From: Candidatus Latescibacterota bacterium
Lineage (GTDB): Bacteria; Latescibacterota; UBA2968; SICM01
Reading direction: 5' to 3'
Assembly (NCBI GenBank): GCA_965217865.1
Contig: CBDCJO010000001.1
Span: 512,001 to 576,000, forward strand
Length of the DNA: 64,000 nt
The position numbers were made by a program, and so were the translations under genes. The notes beneath the pieces are model-generated. The model was not told the origin of the DNA. It saw only the letters and a program-made list of their open reading frames with translations, and searched no databases. Positions 30,038-39,527 of this stretch are shown here, piece after piece (the first letter of the stretch is position 1; each line of letters starts with the position of its first letter).

Positions 30038-30070
30038 AAAAAAACCCCGCCTCCCGGAAAGGAAGCAGAG
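30038..30070 (-). terminator. Intrinsic terminator after PTS IIA
   Basis: CUCUGCUUCC...GGAGGCGGGG followed by U7. Confidence 0.75.
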
Positions 30071-30116
30071 CTGAAAGGTTCTAGATTTCGAGAAGAGACG
30101 GCGAATCAACCTGCAT

Positions 30117-30596
30117 CTATGAAGCCGCCGCACTTGTTTGAAGCTTCTCCTCCCCGGATATGATTGTGAGAACCTTCTCGGGACTCTTGGCTTGAATCAG
30201 GAGGTTTCGAAAATTTTCCCCTTTGAGGAGTCGGGAGATGCGGGCAAGGGCTTTGATATGAGGCCCGGACACGTTGGCCGGGGAAATCAGAAGGAAAAAG
30301 ATGTAAGCGGGTTGGCCGTCCAGGGATTCGAAGTCCACTCCTTCTTCCTTGGTTCCCAGGACGCCGCTCAGCGTCTTTGCGGCTTCGGATTTTCCGTGGG
30401 GGATAGCAATTCCGTGGCCGATCCCGGTGCTCATGATCCCCTCTCGTTGTAGGACCGCCTCCAATATTTGATCACGATTCGTGATCTGACTCCCCTCATC
30501 CAGCGCACTGACGAGTTCTTCTATGATCTCCTGTTTTTCTGTACCTTTCAACCCGATAATGATCGATTTTTCCGAAATGATATCCAACAGGGTCAT
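30117..30596 (-). CDS. PTS IIA (fructose/nitrogen-type) subunit
   Basis: REGIMSTGIGHGIAIPHGK, FESLDGQP, HIKALARISRLL. Confidence 0.92.
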   Translation of the reverse strand: MTLLDIISEKSIIIGLKGTEKQEIIEELVSALDEGSQITNRDQILEAVLQREGIMSTGIGHGIAIPHGKSEAAKTLSGVLGTKEEGVDFESLDGQPAYIFFLLISPANVSGPHIKALARISRLLKGENFRNLLIQAKSPEKVLTIISGEEKLQTSAAAS

Positions 30597-30658
30597 TAAA
30601 CCCTCCGCACACCGACGGCAGCACAAAAACGGTTCGAAGTCAAAATTGATTTTTCGAA

Positions 30659-30687
30659 ATTATAGGGCATCCCCTCTGATAAGTCAA
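30659..30687 (-). promoter_or_regulatory. Sigma70 promoter for PTS IIA
   Basis: TTGACT-17-TATAAT. Confidence 0.75.
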
Positions 30688-30744
30688 GCCCAAATACCCG
30701 AGGGGAATGACGATCTCTTTTACTTTTGATATCGAAAGAATTGT

Positions 30745-30773
30745 TTGACAAGGTACCGGGGATCTCATATTAT
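30745..30773 (+). promoter_or_regulatory. Orphan sigma70 promoter (no downstream plus-strand gene)
   Basis: TTGACA-17-TATTAT. Confidence 0.6.
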
Positions 30774-30949
30774 GTTATGGTTCTCCATATCTCTATATCA
30801 CCAACCCGACTCACCTCTTGATTTTCCATAAAAATCGCACAACACCAAAACGAGTGCGGCGATGTTCCTGCCCTACTCGGTGTTGACCTAAAACACAAAT
30901 ATAAAATAAAACTTTGCAAGCGGACCATCTCAGGGAAGCTCTCGCCTCC

Positions 30950-31006
30950 CCTGAGCCCTCCCACCAATGGTGGACAAAAAGATCAAGAAAACCGGGAGGG
31001 CTCAGG
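30950..31006. terminator. 13-bp stem directly after the flagellin stop codon
   Basis: CCTGAGCCCTCCC...GGGAGGGCTCAGG. Confidence 0.65.
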
Positions 31007-31007
31007 A

Positions 31008-32153
31008 CTACTGGAGAAGCGAAAGCGCGCTCTGCGGGATGGCGTTGGCTTGGGCAAGAAGCGCGGTGCTCGCTTGCACCAGGATCTGTGCCCTTGTGAA
31101 GGCCGATACCTCTTCGGCGACGTCCGCATCCCGGATCGAAGACTCCGAGGCCTGTACGTTTTCGACCGTGTTGTTGAGCGAGCGGATGGTGAAGCCGAGC
31201 CGGTTTTGGAACGCACCCAGATCACCCCGCTGCTGCGACACGACGTCGATCGCCTGGTCGAGAACCGCGATGGCGTTGCGCGCGCTCCCCAACGAATTCA
31301 CTGATACTGAAGAGAGATTCAGGTTGACGCCTGTCGCACGCATGTCGGAGATGCTCAGCTCAATCCGATCCGTGTTCGTGTTGTTCGGACCGATCTGGAA
31401 CGAACCTCCGGTTCCCGAATCGATGAGCAACACCCGGGTGTCGAGATCCCCGTCCGTGTAGGCGTCGTTCAAGTTCAGGACGATGCCCAGACGGTCGAAG
31501 CTTGCGATGGCCGTCGTCCCCGTGGCCACCGTGTTCCCGTCAAGGGCGGTGCCGATGCTGATCGTTTGCGTGATGGTACCGTTGCCCAGTGTGAGCTTGC
31601 TGTCCGTCGTACCGGCATCCACGAAGGTGTATGTCCCCGACTGTGCCCCGGAGATCTGGGCGCTGAGAAGCCCCGTCGTGGCTGACACCAGGGCTGTGGA
31701 TACGGCTGTATTCGTGCTGACGGTGTTCCCGAATCCCGTGAGCAATGTGACCTTGTTGTAGGTCGTTGCGTTGGCGATCCGGTCTATCTCCGACACGAGT
31801 TGTGTGACCTCGGAATTGAGGGCCTTGCGGTTCGTATCGTTGATCGTGGAAGATGACGCTTGAACCGACAACTCCCGCATCCGAATCATAATCGCGCTTA
31901 CTTCGTTCAGCGCGCCTTCGGCGGTTTGGATCAGATTGACTCCCTGTTCAGCGTTCCGGACCGCTTGTTTCAGGCCGGAAATCTCGGCGCGCATGCTTTC
32001 CGAGACGGCCAACCCGGCGGCGTCGTCCGCGGCCCGATTGATTCGAAGACCTGAAGAGAGACGCTCTATCCGTATTGACAATTCACGATTGTTGATGAGC
32101 AAGTGCCGCCGGGTATTAATCGCTGCAATATTGTGATTAACCCGAAGTGGCAT
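31008..32153 (-). CDS. fliC: Flagellin
   Basis: RLSSGLRINRAADDAAGLA; RGDLGAFQNRL, IRDADVAEE, LAQAN...LSLLQ. Confidence 0.97.
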   Translation of the reverse strand: MPLRVNHNIAAINTRRHLLINNRELSIRIERLSSGLRINRAADDAAGLAVSESMRAEISGLKQAVRNAEQGVNLIQTAEGALNEVSAIMIRMRELSVQASSSTINDTNRKALNSEVTQLVSEIDRIANATTYNKVTLLTGFGNTVSTNTAVSTALVSATTGLLSAQISGAQSGTYTFVDAGTTDSKLTLGNGTITQTISIGTALDGNTVATGTTAIASFDRLGIVLNLNDAYTDGDLDTRVLLIDSGTGGSFQIGPNNTNTDRIELSISDMRATGVNLNLSSVSVNSLGSARNAIAVLDQAIDVVSQQRGDLGAFQNRLGFTIRSLNNTVENVQASESSIRDADVAEEVSAFTRAQILVQASTALLAQANAIPQSALSLLQ

Positions 32154-32159
32154 CTTAAA

Positions 32160-32210
32160 ACCTCCTTGTTTTGGTCACCCCTACTTACACTCGGCATCCT
32201 TACCGAATGC
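32160..32210 (-). promoter_or_regulatory. CsrA-type sites in the flagellin leader
   Basis: Hairpin GCAUUCGGUA-AGGA-UGCCGAGUGU with GGA in the loop; second ACAAGGAG overlapping the SD. Confidence 0.7.
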
Positions 32211-32350
32211 TTGTTCGTGGATCTTTAGAATTTACAAGGGCATAGATGACTCCTTTCATATAGGCTTTGCGACAGTCCAATCTCTTTCAATACTTAATAA
32301 CTGCTTAATTTATCCTAAATGATATTGATTGATACTAAATGGTGTCATTT

Positions 32351-32378
32351 ATATCGGCACCTTTTTTAAAACCCTTTA
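32351..32378 (-). promoter_or_regulatory. Sigma28 (FliA/SigD) promoter
   Basis: TAAA-N16-GCCGATAT. Confidence 0.85.
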
Positions 32379-33045
32379 GCATTATTTTTCCGGAATTTAG
32401 CCCGTTAAACTCATCCGATGGTGTGATGCTCAATCCGCGGTCCTCGGCTGATCACCCGGGAGCCTATATCCTAAACCCCTCCGCACGATCCCCCTTCAGA
32501 CACCGATTCATGGAGACACCCCCTGCTCCACCCGTGATCTCCAGAATCCCCCGGCTGCATTCCCTGTTTGTCTTCCGGGGTTTGATCCTTCAACCTCCGT
32601 TCCCTTTTTGTCCTCGGATAGAAATGATTTCTGGTGTCCTGGCTTTTTGGAGCGGGTTTCCCGATTGCATAGGTCCTCGGCCTCTACCTAAATGAAAGAA
32701 TTACAGGATCTTTTATTCAGCACGGATCTGATACCCTACGGCTTGAAACAATGATGGCACAGAGGGTAACGTTTTGGGCGACTTTGAAACTACGAACGTG
32801 GAACTGACACCGCGTCAGAAGATTCTCTTCTCAGCGCCTGCAGACCCGCATCGCCACTTCCCACGCTATTTAAAGGCTTTGAAAGTGAGGAAGCCCATCC
32901 ACAGTCCTGACGGTTCCCGTATCCCGCCAGCGTGTAACAACGGCTGCCCGCGCTCACAGAACCTCTCTCCACCAACAGCGCCTTCGGCGCCATCGGGAAA
33001 CCTCAAGCGTGACTTGCTGACCTCTGGGGTTATGGAGCTGCCGAT

Positions 33046-34248
33046 ATGAACAAGAGCGCTCCCGTGCGTCCCCCCAAAGGGACTCCCAGCCAGGTCGGCA
33101 TTCTTTCCCTGGGCCACGCCGTCACGGATGCCTATGCGGCGTTTCCGCCCCCCCTCTGGCCGATCCTTGTAGCCAAATTGGGTCTGTCGTTGAGCCTTGT
33201 TGGTCTTTCGACCGCCGTTTTGCACATCTCGACGTCGTTCTTCCAACTACTCTATGGCTACCTGGCCGATCGAACGCAGAGGCGTCTGTTCGTCGTGGCC
33301 GGTCCGGCGATCTCCGGCATATTTATGGGCATGATCGGACAAGCCCAATCCTACGCAGTGTTGCTGACCTTGCTGGTGCTCGCGGGTTGGGGGGTGGCCG
33401 CCTTTCATCCCCAAGCTACGGCGACCGTCGGGATGGGGGGGTTTGAGCGGAAGGGACTCGCCATTTCGATCTTTATGTCCGGGGGTAGCCTGGGTTATTC
33501 CGCGGGTCCCTTGATCGCCTCCTCTTTTGTGGTATGGCACGGCCTGCAAAATCTCTATCTTCTTATTCTACCTGGTGTTCTGATTTCCTGTGTCCTGTTT
33601 CGATTCGTGCCCTCCCCTCCTCCGCGACAGCCTGCAGTCGGCCTTTTTGTGGACTTCAGAAGATGGTTTCGGCCGTTAGCCGTCATCTACGCCATTTCCG
33701 CACTCCGGGCTTCGGCGGTCACCGGACTGATCACATTTCTCCCCCTCCTGCTTCAGTCCCGTGGGCATTCCCTGGTCGAGGGAGGAGGGGTCCTCAGCCT
33801 TTTCCTGCTATCCGGAGGCGTCGGAGGGTTTGTCGGGGGTGCCCTTTCCGATCGTGTCGACAGAAGAAGGCTCATCCTGTTCTCCCTTCTGGCAAGCCCC
33901 CCCCTTCTTCTGATGATGATCAACACGGGGAACATCGGGATTCCATTTTTGCTCCTGATGTCCCTTTCAAGTTGCATCCTCTTCCTCTGCCACTCGGTGA
34001 CCGTGATCCTCGCCCAGGAAATCCTTCCGAACAGGATCAACACGGTTTCAGCCCTGATGATGGGTGCGTCGTGGGGAACGGGAAGTCTATTGGCCGGAGC
34101 ATTCGGATTCTTCGCGGATGCTTACGGTCTACCAGCCACATTATCCGGGATCGCATCGATTCCCACCCTCGGGGGTATTTTGTGTCTTATCTTTTTCAAA
34201 ACCAGCGTGAGGGAATCAACCGATTCATTGACCACCAAGCGTGCGTGA
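33046..34248 (+). CDS. MFS transporter, Fsr-like
   Basis: About 12 TM helices; GHAVTD, GYLADR, AFHPQA, GALSDRVDRR. Confidence 0.88.
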   Translation: MNKSAPVRPPKGTPSQVGILSLGHAVTDAYAAFPPPLWPILVAKLGLSLSLVGLSTAVLHISTSFFQLLYGYLADRTQRRLFVVAGPAISGIFMGMIGQAQSYAVLLTLLVLAGWGVAAFHPQATATVGMGGFERKGLAISIFMSGGSLGYSAGPLIASSFVVWHGLQNLYLLILPGVLISCVLFRFVPSPPPRQPAVGLFVDFRRWFRPLAVIYAISALRASAVTGLITFLPLLLQSRGHSLVEGGGVLSLFLLSGGVGGFVGGALSDRVDRRRLILFSLLASPPLLLMMINTGNIGIPFLLLMSLSSCILFLCHSVTVILAQEILPNRINTVSALMMGASWGTGSLLAGAFGFFADAYGLPATLSGIASIPTLGGILCLIFFKTSVRESTDSLTTKRA

Positions 34249-34291
34249 GGAAATCTGGCCCGTCCCATTAATATTCTGAGGAAGAGACTCG

Positions 34292-34639
34292 ATGGCGTTT
34301 CAGATAACCTGGAGAAGATGGTTTAAAAAAGCCCAGCGGCGGATTCGGAGCACAAAAAAACTCCCTTTGCAGCGGGCATATCTGAAACAGCGCCGCTTGT
34401 GGGACTATGCCATCGCCGTATGCGGAGTCCTGACCGTGGTGGCGGCCATCTTAGAGCCATCCCTGGCCCTCTTGCCTGCTTTGACCACGGTATTTGCCAT
34501 CTACCAGTACCGGAAATGCAATCGAATCGCCGAGATGATCGGAGATGCGGAGGAACTTCACCGTTGGGTGGAAAAATTGCAGAAGGAAGAGGAGCGGTCG
34601 GAGAGGCTCCGGCAGAGGGGATCCGGAGGAAAAGCGTAA
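34292..34639 (+). CDS. Hypothetical small membrane protein
   Basis: GAGG RBS; basic N-terminus, two short TM segments, charged coiled tail. Confidence 0.6.
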   Translation: MAFQITWRRWFKKAQRRIRSTKKLPLQRAYLKQRRLWDYAIAVCGVLTVVAAILEPSLALLPALTTVFAIYQYRKCNRIAEMIGDAEELHRWVEKLQKEEERSERLRQRGSGGKA

Positions 34640-34812
34640 ATACCTGTTTTTCAGGCCTTAATGATCTTATTATCCTTAACCTGAACCAGGACGAATCCTC
34701 AGACTATTTGTTTGACATCTGTATGGCTCCCGTGTTACCTTGTGTATGGTTAGGTAAACCACGATTTTATGCACCAGGATTCCACCCGCGAATATTGTTT
34801 TAAAAGGAGGAA

Positions 34813-35460
34813 GTGGCTGTGAAAGCATATGTTGCTGAGTTTATCGGTACCTTCGCTTTGGTTTTTCTGGGGTCCGCATCCGTTGCCCTCGCTCCCGCAT
34901 CCGTAGGCCCGATCATGCCCGCTCTGGGCCACGGCCTTGCCCTGGTCTCCATCGTATACACCTTCGGGCATATCAGTGGCGCGCACGTCAATCCGGCCGT
35001 GACTATCGGAGTCGCTATCGCAGGCGCGATCAAGCCGGCCACGGCAATCGTTTACATCGTTGTACAGATCGTCGGGGCCATCGTCGGCGCGTGGATCCTG
35101 AACAAAATCCTGAGCGGCCAGGCCGCCAATTTCGGCGCATTCAGCTTCACCACGGCCACATCCAAGGCCCTCCTCCTGGAGGCCATCCTCACATTCTTCC
35201 TGGTAAGCGTCGTACTCCAGGCGGCTGTCGCGGGCAAGGCCGGACCGGCCGCCGGGCTCGCCATCGGGTTGACCCTTGCGGTATGTATCGTGGCAGGGGG
35301 CTCGATCACAGGCGCCTCTCTGAACCCCGCCCGCACGCTCGGCCCGGCCATCGTCTCGGGGAATATGGGCCAGGTCTGGGTCTATATCGTCGGAACGATC
35401 CTGGGAGGATCCATAGCGGCGGTCGTGAATCGCTATGTCCTGGGGATCGATGCCAGTTGA
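34813..35460 (+). CDS. Aquaporin (MIP family)
   Basis: AEFIGTF, SGAHVNPAVT, GASLNPART; AAGGAGG RBS. Confidence 0.95.
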   Translation: MAVKAYVAEFIGTFALVFLGSASVALAPASVGPIMPALGHGLALVSIVYTFGHISGAHVNPAVTIGVAIAGAIKPATAIVYIVVQIVGAIVGAWILNKILSGQAANFGAFSFTTATSKALLLEAILTFFLVSVVLQAAVAGKAGPAAGLAIGLTLAVCIVAGGSITGASLNPARTLGPAIVSGNMGQVWVYIVGTILGGSIAAVVNRYVLGIDAS

Positions 35461-35484
35461 CCGTTTCCCGGCCAAGAGGATCCC

Positions 35485-36924
35485 ATGCCAACCGATCGTG
35501 AGGAATACCAAAATCCCCTGACCAGGCGGTATGCCAGTCGCGAGATGAGCGCCTGCTTTTCAGACCAGAAGAAGTTCAGCACCTGGCGAAGGCTCTGGGT
35601 TGCCCTGGCCGAGGCGGAGCAGGAACTCGGCCTCCCGATCACAGACGCGCAGATTGCCGAGCTTCGCCGCTTCCAGGACGATATCAACTTTGAGGCCGCG
35701 GACACCCGCGAACGGCAGATCCGGCACGATGTGATGGCTCACATTTACGCCTACGGGCTACAGTGCCCGAACGCCCGGTCCATCATCCACCTGGGCGCGA
35801 CCAGCGCTTACGTCCAGGACAACACGGACCTGATTCAGATGCGCGACGGCCTCCTGATCCTGAAGCGGAAGATCGTCAACCTGATCGCGGAGTACAGGTC
35901 CTTCGCCGTGGCTTACAAAGACCTCGTTACCCTCGGCTTCACCCACTTTCAGTCCGCCCAGCCGACAACGGTCGGAAAGCGGGCGACGCTCTGGCTGCAG
36001 GACTTCCTGATCGATTATCACGAGCTCGAACACCGCCTGGCAACGCTTCGTCTCCTCGGCTCCAAAGGCACCACCGGGACCCAGGCAAGCTTCGTGGAAC
36101 TTTTCGAAGGGGATGAAAAAAAGGTCGTGGAACTTGATCGGAAGGTGGCCGAAAAGATGGGGTTCGCCCGCACTTATTGTGTCACCGGGCAAACTGCACC
36201 CCGAAAGGTGGACTCCCAGTCAGCTGCTTTCCTGGTCGGCCTGGCGGAGTCCGCCCATAAATTCGGGGATGACATTCGCCTTCTGCAGCATCTCAGGGAG
36301 GTGGAGGAGCCGTTCGGGAAGGAGCAGGTGGGATCCTCTGCGATGGCCTACAAGCGCAATCCGATGCGATGCGAACGGATATGCTCCCTCGCACGGTACT
36401 TGGCCTCCCTATTCCAGAGTCTGGTTTGGACCGCATCTACCCAGTGGCTGGAGCGGACCCTGGATGACTCCGCGAACAAGCGTCTCGCCATACCCCAGAT
36501 GTTCCTGGCGGCCGACGGGATCCTGATCCTCCAGCTCAACGTCGTTCGAGGCCTGGTGGTTCACCCGAAGGTGATCAGCCAGCACCTGGACCGTGAACTT
36601 CCTTTCCTGGTCAGCGAGGCCATCTTGATGGAGGGTGTCAAGCGAGGGGGCGATCGACAAGCCCTGCACGAGCGAATCCGTCAGCACGCCATGGCCGCAG
36701 GGCAGGTCCTCGTGGACGAGGGAGGGGACAACGACCTTCTGGACCGGATCGCCGGTGACCCCGCTTTCGGGTTCACCCGGGAGGACCTGGACCGGACCAT
36801 CGAACCGTCCAGGTTCGCAGGTCGGGCGTCTTCGCAGGTGGTTGAATTCGTTCGGGATGAGGTCGATCCTGTCCTGGAGGCCGAGGCGGACCTCCTCGGG
36901 TCCGAGGCGGAGGTCCGGGTGTGA
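35485..36924 (+). CDS. purB: Adenylosuccinate lyase
   Basis: RHDVMAH, HLGATS, GFTHFQ, GSSAMAYKRNP. Confidence 0.96.
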   Translation: MPTDREEYQNPLTRRYASREMSACFSDQKKFSTWRRLWVALAEAEQELGLPITDAQIAELRRFQDDINFEAADTRERQIRHDVMAHIYAYGLQCPNARSIIHLGATSAYVQDNTDLIQMRDGLLILKRKIVNLIAEYRSFAVAYKDLVTLGFTHFQSAQPTTVGKRATLWLQDFLIDYHELEHRLATLRLLGSKGTTGTQASFVELFEGDEKKVVELDRKVAEKMGFARTYCVTGQTAPRKVDSQSAAFLVGLAESAHKFGDDIRLLQHLREVEEPFGKEQVGSSAMAYKRNPMRCERICSLARYLASLFQSLVWTASTQWLERTLDDSANKRLAIPQMFLAADGILILQLNVVRGLVVHPKVISQHLDRELPFLVSEAILMEGVKRGGDRQALHERIRQHAMAAGQVLVDEGGDNDLLDRIAGDPAFGFTREDLDRTIEPSRFAGRASSQVVEFVRDEVDPVLEAEADLLGSEAEVRV

Positions 36925-37595
36925 CCGAACCCGACCTCCCCTGTATCGGAACAGACGAGTCGGGGAAAGGAGACTACCTCGGACCTTTGGTGGTGGCCGG
37001 CGCCTGCCTGGATGAACCCGCGGCCAACGATCTGTCGGTCCGGGGAGTGATGGACTGCAAACGCCTGACGGACCGCAGGGTAAAGGAACTTTCAACGAAG
37101 ATCAGGGAAATTTGCGGACCGAAACGGTTTTCCGAAGTCGTGCTTCCCCCCGAGACCTACAACAGGCTTTATGAGGAGATGAAACGTGAAGGAAAAAATC
37201 TCAACACCCTCCTGGGTTGGGGACACGCTCGCGTTATTGAGAACATCCTAAACATGACCCCATGTCCCCTGATCGTTGCCGACCAGTTCGGGGACGAAAA
37301 CCTCATCCGCTCCCACCTCTCCAGCGCCTTCAATAATATCAAACCCAAACTCATCCAGCGCCCCCGGGCAGAAACCCATATCTCCGTGGCCGCGGCTTCC
37401 ATCCTCGCGCGGGATCGCTTTATCCGGTGGATGGAAGACGCATCTCATCGTCTCGGTGGCGCCTTGCCAAAGGGTGCATCTTCCGCTGTCACCGAGGCCG
37501 CGCAATCGATCGTGACCCGATATGGTCCTGATGAGCTCCGAAAAGTCGCCAAACTCCACTTCCGCACCACGCGAGAGGTCCTGAAGGCGACTTGA
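36921..37595 (+). CDS. rnhC: Ribonuclease HIII, catalytic domain only
   Basis: GTDESGKGDYLGP, DQF, VAAASILAR, LPKGAS, AKLHF; GTGA overlap with purB. Confidence 0.88.
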   Translation: MTEPDLPCIGTDESGKGDYLGPLVVAGACLDEPAANDLSVRGVMDCKRLTDRRVKELSTKIREICGPKRFSEVVLPPETYNRLYEEMKREGKNLNTLLGWGHARVIENILNMTPCPLIVADQFGDENLIRSHLSSAFNNIKPKLIQRPRAETHISVAAASILARDRFIRWMEDASHRLGGALPKGASSAVTEAAQSIVTRYGPDELRKVAKLHFRTTREVLKAT

Positions 37596-37640
37596 TCCTT
37601 CAGCGTCCTTTTCGTCAGCTGGAGGGATTCCCGATTTCCT

Positions 37641-39524
37641 TCACGAAACCGGTCTGTTGAAGGCGACCCGCCTCAAAATTCCTTTCCCCTGTTCGATCTC
37701 GTAAGTGAAACCCGCCTCAAGGTTCTCCAGAGATTCCGTTGAACCTCCGGGCCACCTAATCGACAGACGATCCACCCGGTTCCGGCCCCCAAGCCCGAAC
37801 GTTAAGGTGGTCTCGCTCTGGCTGAGATAGGAGGAACCCGTGCGAACCATCGACTGCTGCTCCATGTCCCCGGCGATTGCGGTGACGATCGCCCCCAGGG
37901 CTTGCAGGTTGGGCGACGCCCCCTTCAGGTGCAGGCGAACGGCCTGCCCAACCGGCCCATCGTTCCGGGCGAGAAAGGCGGGACCACCGCAGGTGGTTAG
38001 GACCAGATCCAGGTCGCCGTCGCCGTCCAGGTCCCCTGCGGCCATACCCCGCGCGACCAGACCCATGTCAAAGGGGGATCCGGATCTGTCCGTCACCTCC
38101 CGGAAGACCCCTTCACCCGCATTCCAGAAAAGCTGCGGCCGCTGCGCGTAGGAGATATCCTTCTGAACGCTCTGGATTTCGGGTTCGATATGGCCGTTTG
38201 CCAACGCAAGGTCCGTAAATCCGTCGAGATCATAGTCTAAGAACAGAAGCCCGAATGTGAGCCTCGGAAGACTCGCCTGCGTAATTCGCCTCCCGCCCGC
38301 CTCATCGATGAAGACCCCCCCGCCCGCCTCGCGGTACATGGAGACAGGCTCACGGCTGAAGTTTCCAATCGCGATCGAGAGGACACGGTCGTTGTCCAAC
38401 GAGGCCACGTCCACCCCCATCCCTGCGCGGGCCCTTCCCACCTCATCATACGCGACGCCAGAGGCCAGTGCAACGTCCTCAAAGCTCCCGTCTCCCCGGT
38501 TCCGATACAAAAAGTTCGGCTGAGTATCGTTCGTGACGACGATGTCGGGATAACCGTCGCCGTTGAAGTCTGCGACCGCCAACCCCATCGACTTCCCCTC
38601 CGGGTTGTAAATTCCCGCCTTTTTTGTGATCTCCCCGAAGGTTCCATCACCCAAGTTGCGGTAGAGACGACACGTCGAGCCGTCATACTGCTGAGGTGTG
38701 GCATACGACTTGTTCACCCCATCGATCGTGGTGAAAAGGTCTGTCTCCGGGGACCACCGGACATAGTTGCAGACAAACAGGTCGATCCAGCCGTCAAGAT
38801 CTACGTCCACCCATGCCCCGCCCGTGGACCACTCCGGGTTTTCTCTTCCACCTTCCCCCTTCCATCGTCCTCCTCCCACCCCTGCCTTTCCCGTGACATC
38901 GCGGAATCGTGCCCCGTCATTCCGAAGAAGACGGTTGTCCCCCATCGCAGTCAGAAAAAGATCCGCATCCCCGTCTGCGTCATAATCCCCGGCCGCCGCA
39001 CCCATCCCATATATTGATAAGGAAAGGCCCGCCTCTTTCGTGACGTCCTCGAATGTCCCGTCTCCCCGGTTTCGATACAGCCGGGAAATCGGGGCCACAC
39101 CGTCCTTATCGTGTCCCGGCCAGGTATCGCTGTTCACCAGGAAGATATCCAGAGACCCGTCGCCATCATAGTCGAACAGCGCGCACCCGCTCCCCATGCT
39201 CTCCGGCATCCACTTTTCTCCGAACGCCCCTGTTTCGTGGAGAAAGTCGATCCCCGACGCACTCGTAATGTCGGAGAAGGTGATTGACGGCGGCTCCCCC
39301 CGAACCCCGGAAAGGGTATAGTCCGCTTGGGGTTTCGCGTAGGTGGAAGGATCTATTTTCGGCTCCGACTTTTCCGGGCCGCAAGAAACCGGGTAACAGA
39401 GTATAATAAGGCACAGGAGGAGAAAGTAGGATCGAGACCGCACCGGGGAAAAATTGAAGGCCTTGGAGGTATTAATTATCGCTTTTGATCGTTCCCTCAC
39501 CATCTTGCGTAGATCAATTTCCAT
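37641..39524 (-). CDS. CRTAC1-family (FG-GAP plus ASPIC/UnbV) lipoprotein
   Basis: DYDGDG..D repeats, LYRN.GDG.F, GSSYLSQ...FGLG; PVSC lipobox. Confidence 0.9.
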   Translation of the reverse strand: MEIDLRKMVRERSKAIINTSKAFNFSPVRSRSYFLLLCLIILCYPVSCGPEKSEPKIDPSTYAKPQADYTLSGVRGEPPSITFSDITSASGIDFLHETGAFGEKWMPESMGSGCALFDYDGDGSLDIFLVNSDTWPGHDKDGVAPISRLYRNRGDGTFEDVTKEAGLSLSIYGMGAAAGDYDADGDADLFLTAMGDNRLLRNDGARFRDVTGKAGVGGGRWKGEGGRENPEWSTGGAWVDVDLDGWIDLFVCNYVRWSPETDLFTTIDGVNKSYATPQQYDGSTCRLYRNLGDGTFGEITKKAGIYNPEGKSMGLAVADFNGDGYPDIVVTNDTQPNFLYRNRGDGSFEDVALASGVAYDEVGRARAGMGVDVASLDNDRVLSIAIGNFSREPVSMYREAGGGVFIDEAGGRRITQASLPRLTFGLLFLDYDLDGFTDLALANGHIEPEIQSVQKDISYAQRPQLFWNAGEGVFREVTDRSGSPFDMGLVARGMAAGDLDGDGDLDLVLTTCGGPAFLARNDGPVGQAVRLHLKGASPNLQALGAIVTAIAGDMEQQSMVRTGSSYLSQSETTLTFGLGGRNRVDRLSIRWPGGSTESLENLEAGFTYEIEQGKGILRRVAFNRPVS

Positions 39525-39527
39525 TTT

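Noticed and set aside
30050-30072. CCGGAAAGGAAGCAG resembling SRP RNA domain IV
   Set aside because: No upstream CAGG partner or long stem; explained as a minus-strand terminator
32400-33045. Long intergenic region with short ORFs
   Set aside because: No recognisable protein, riboswitch or repeat by eye
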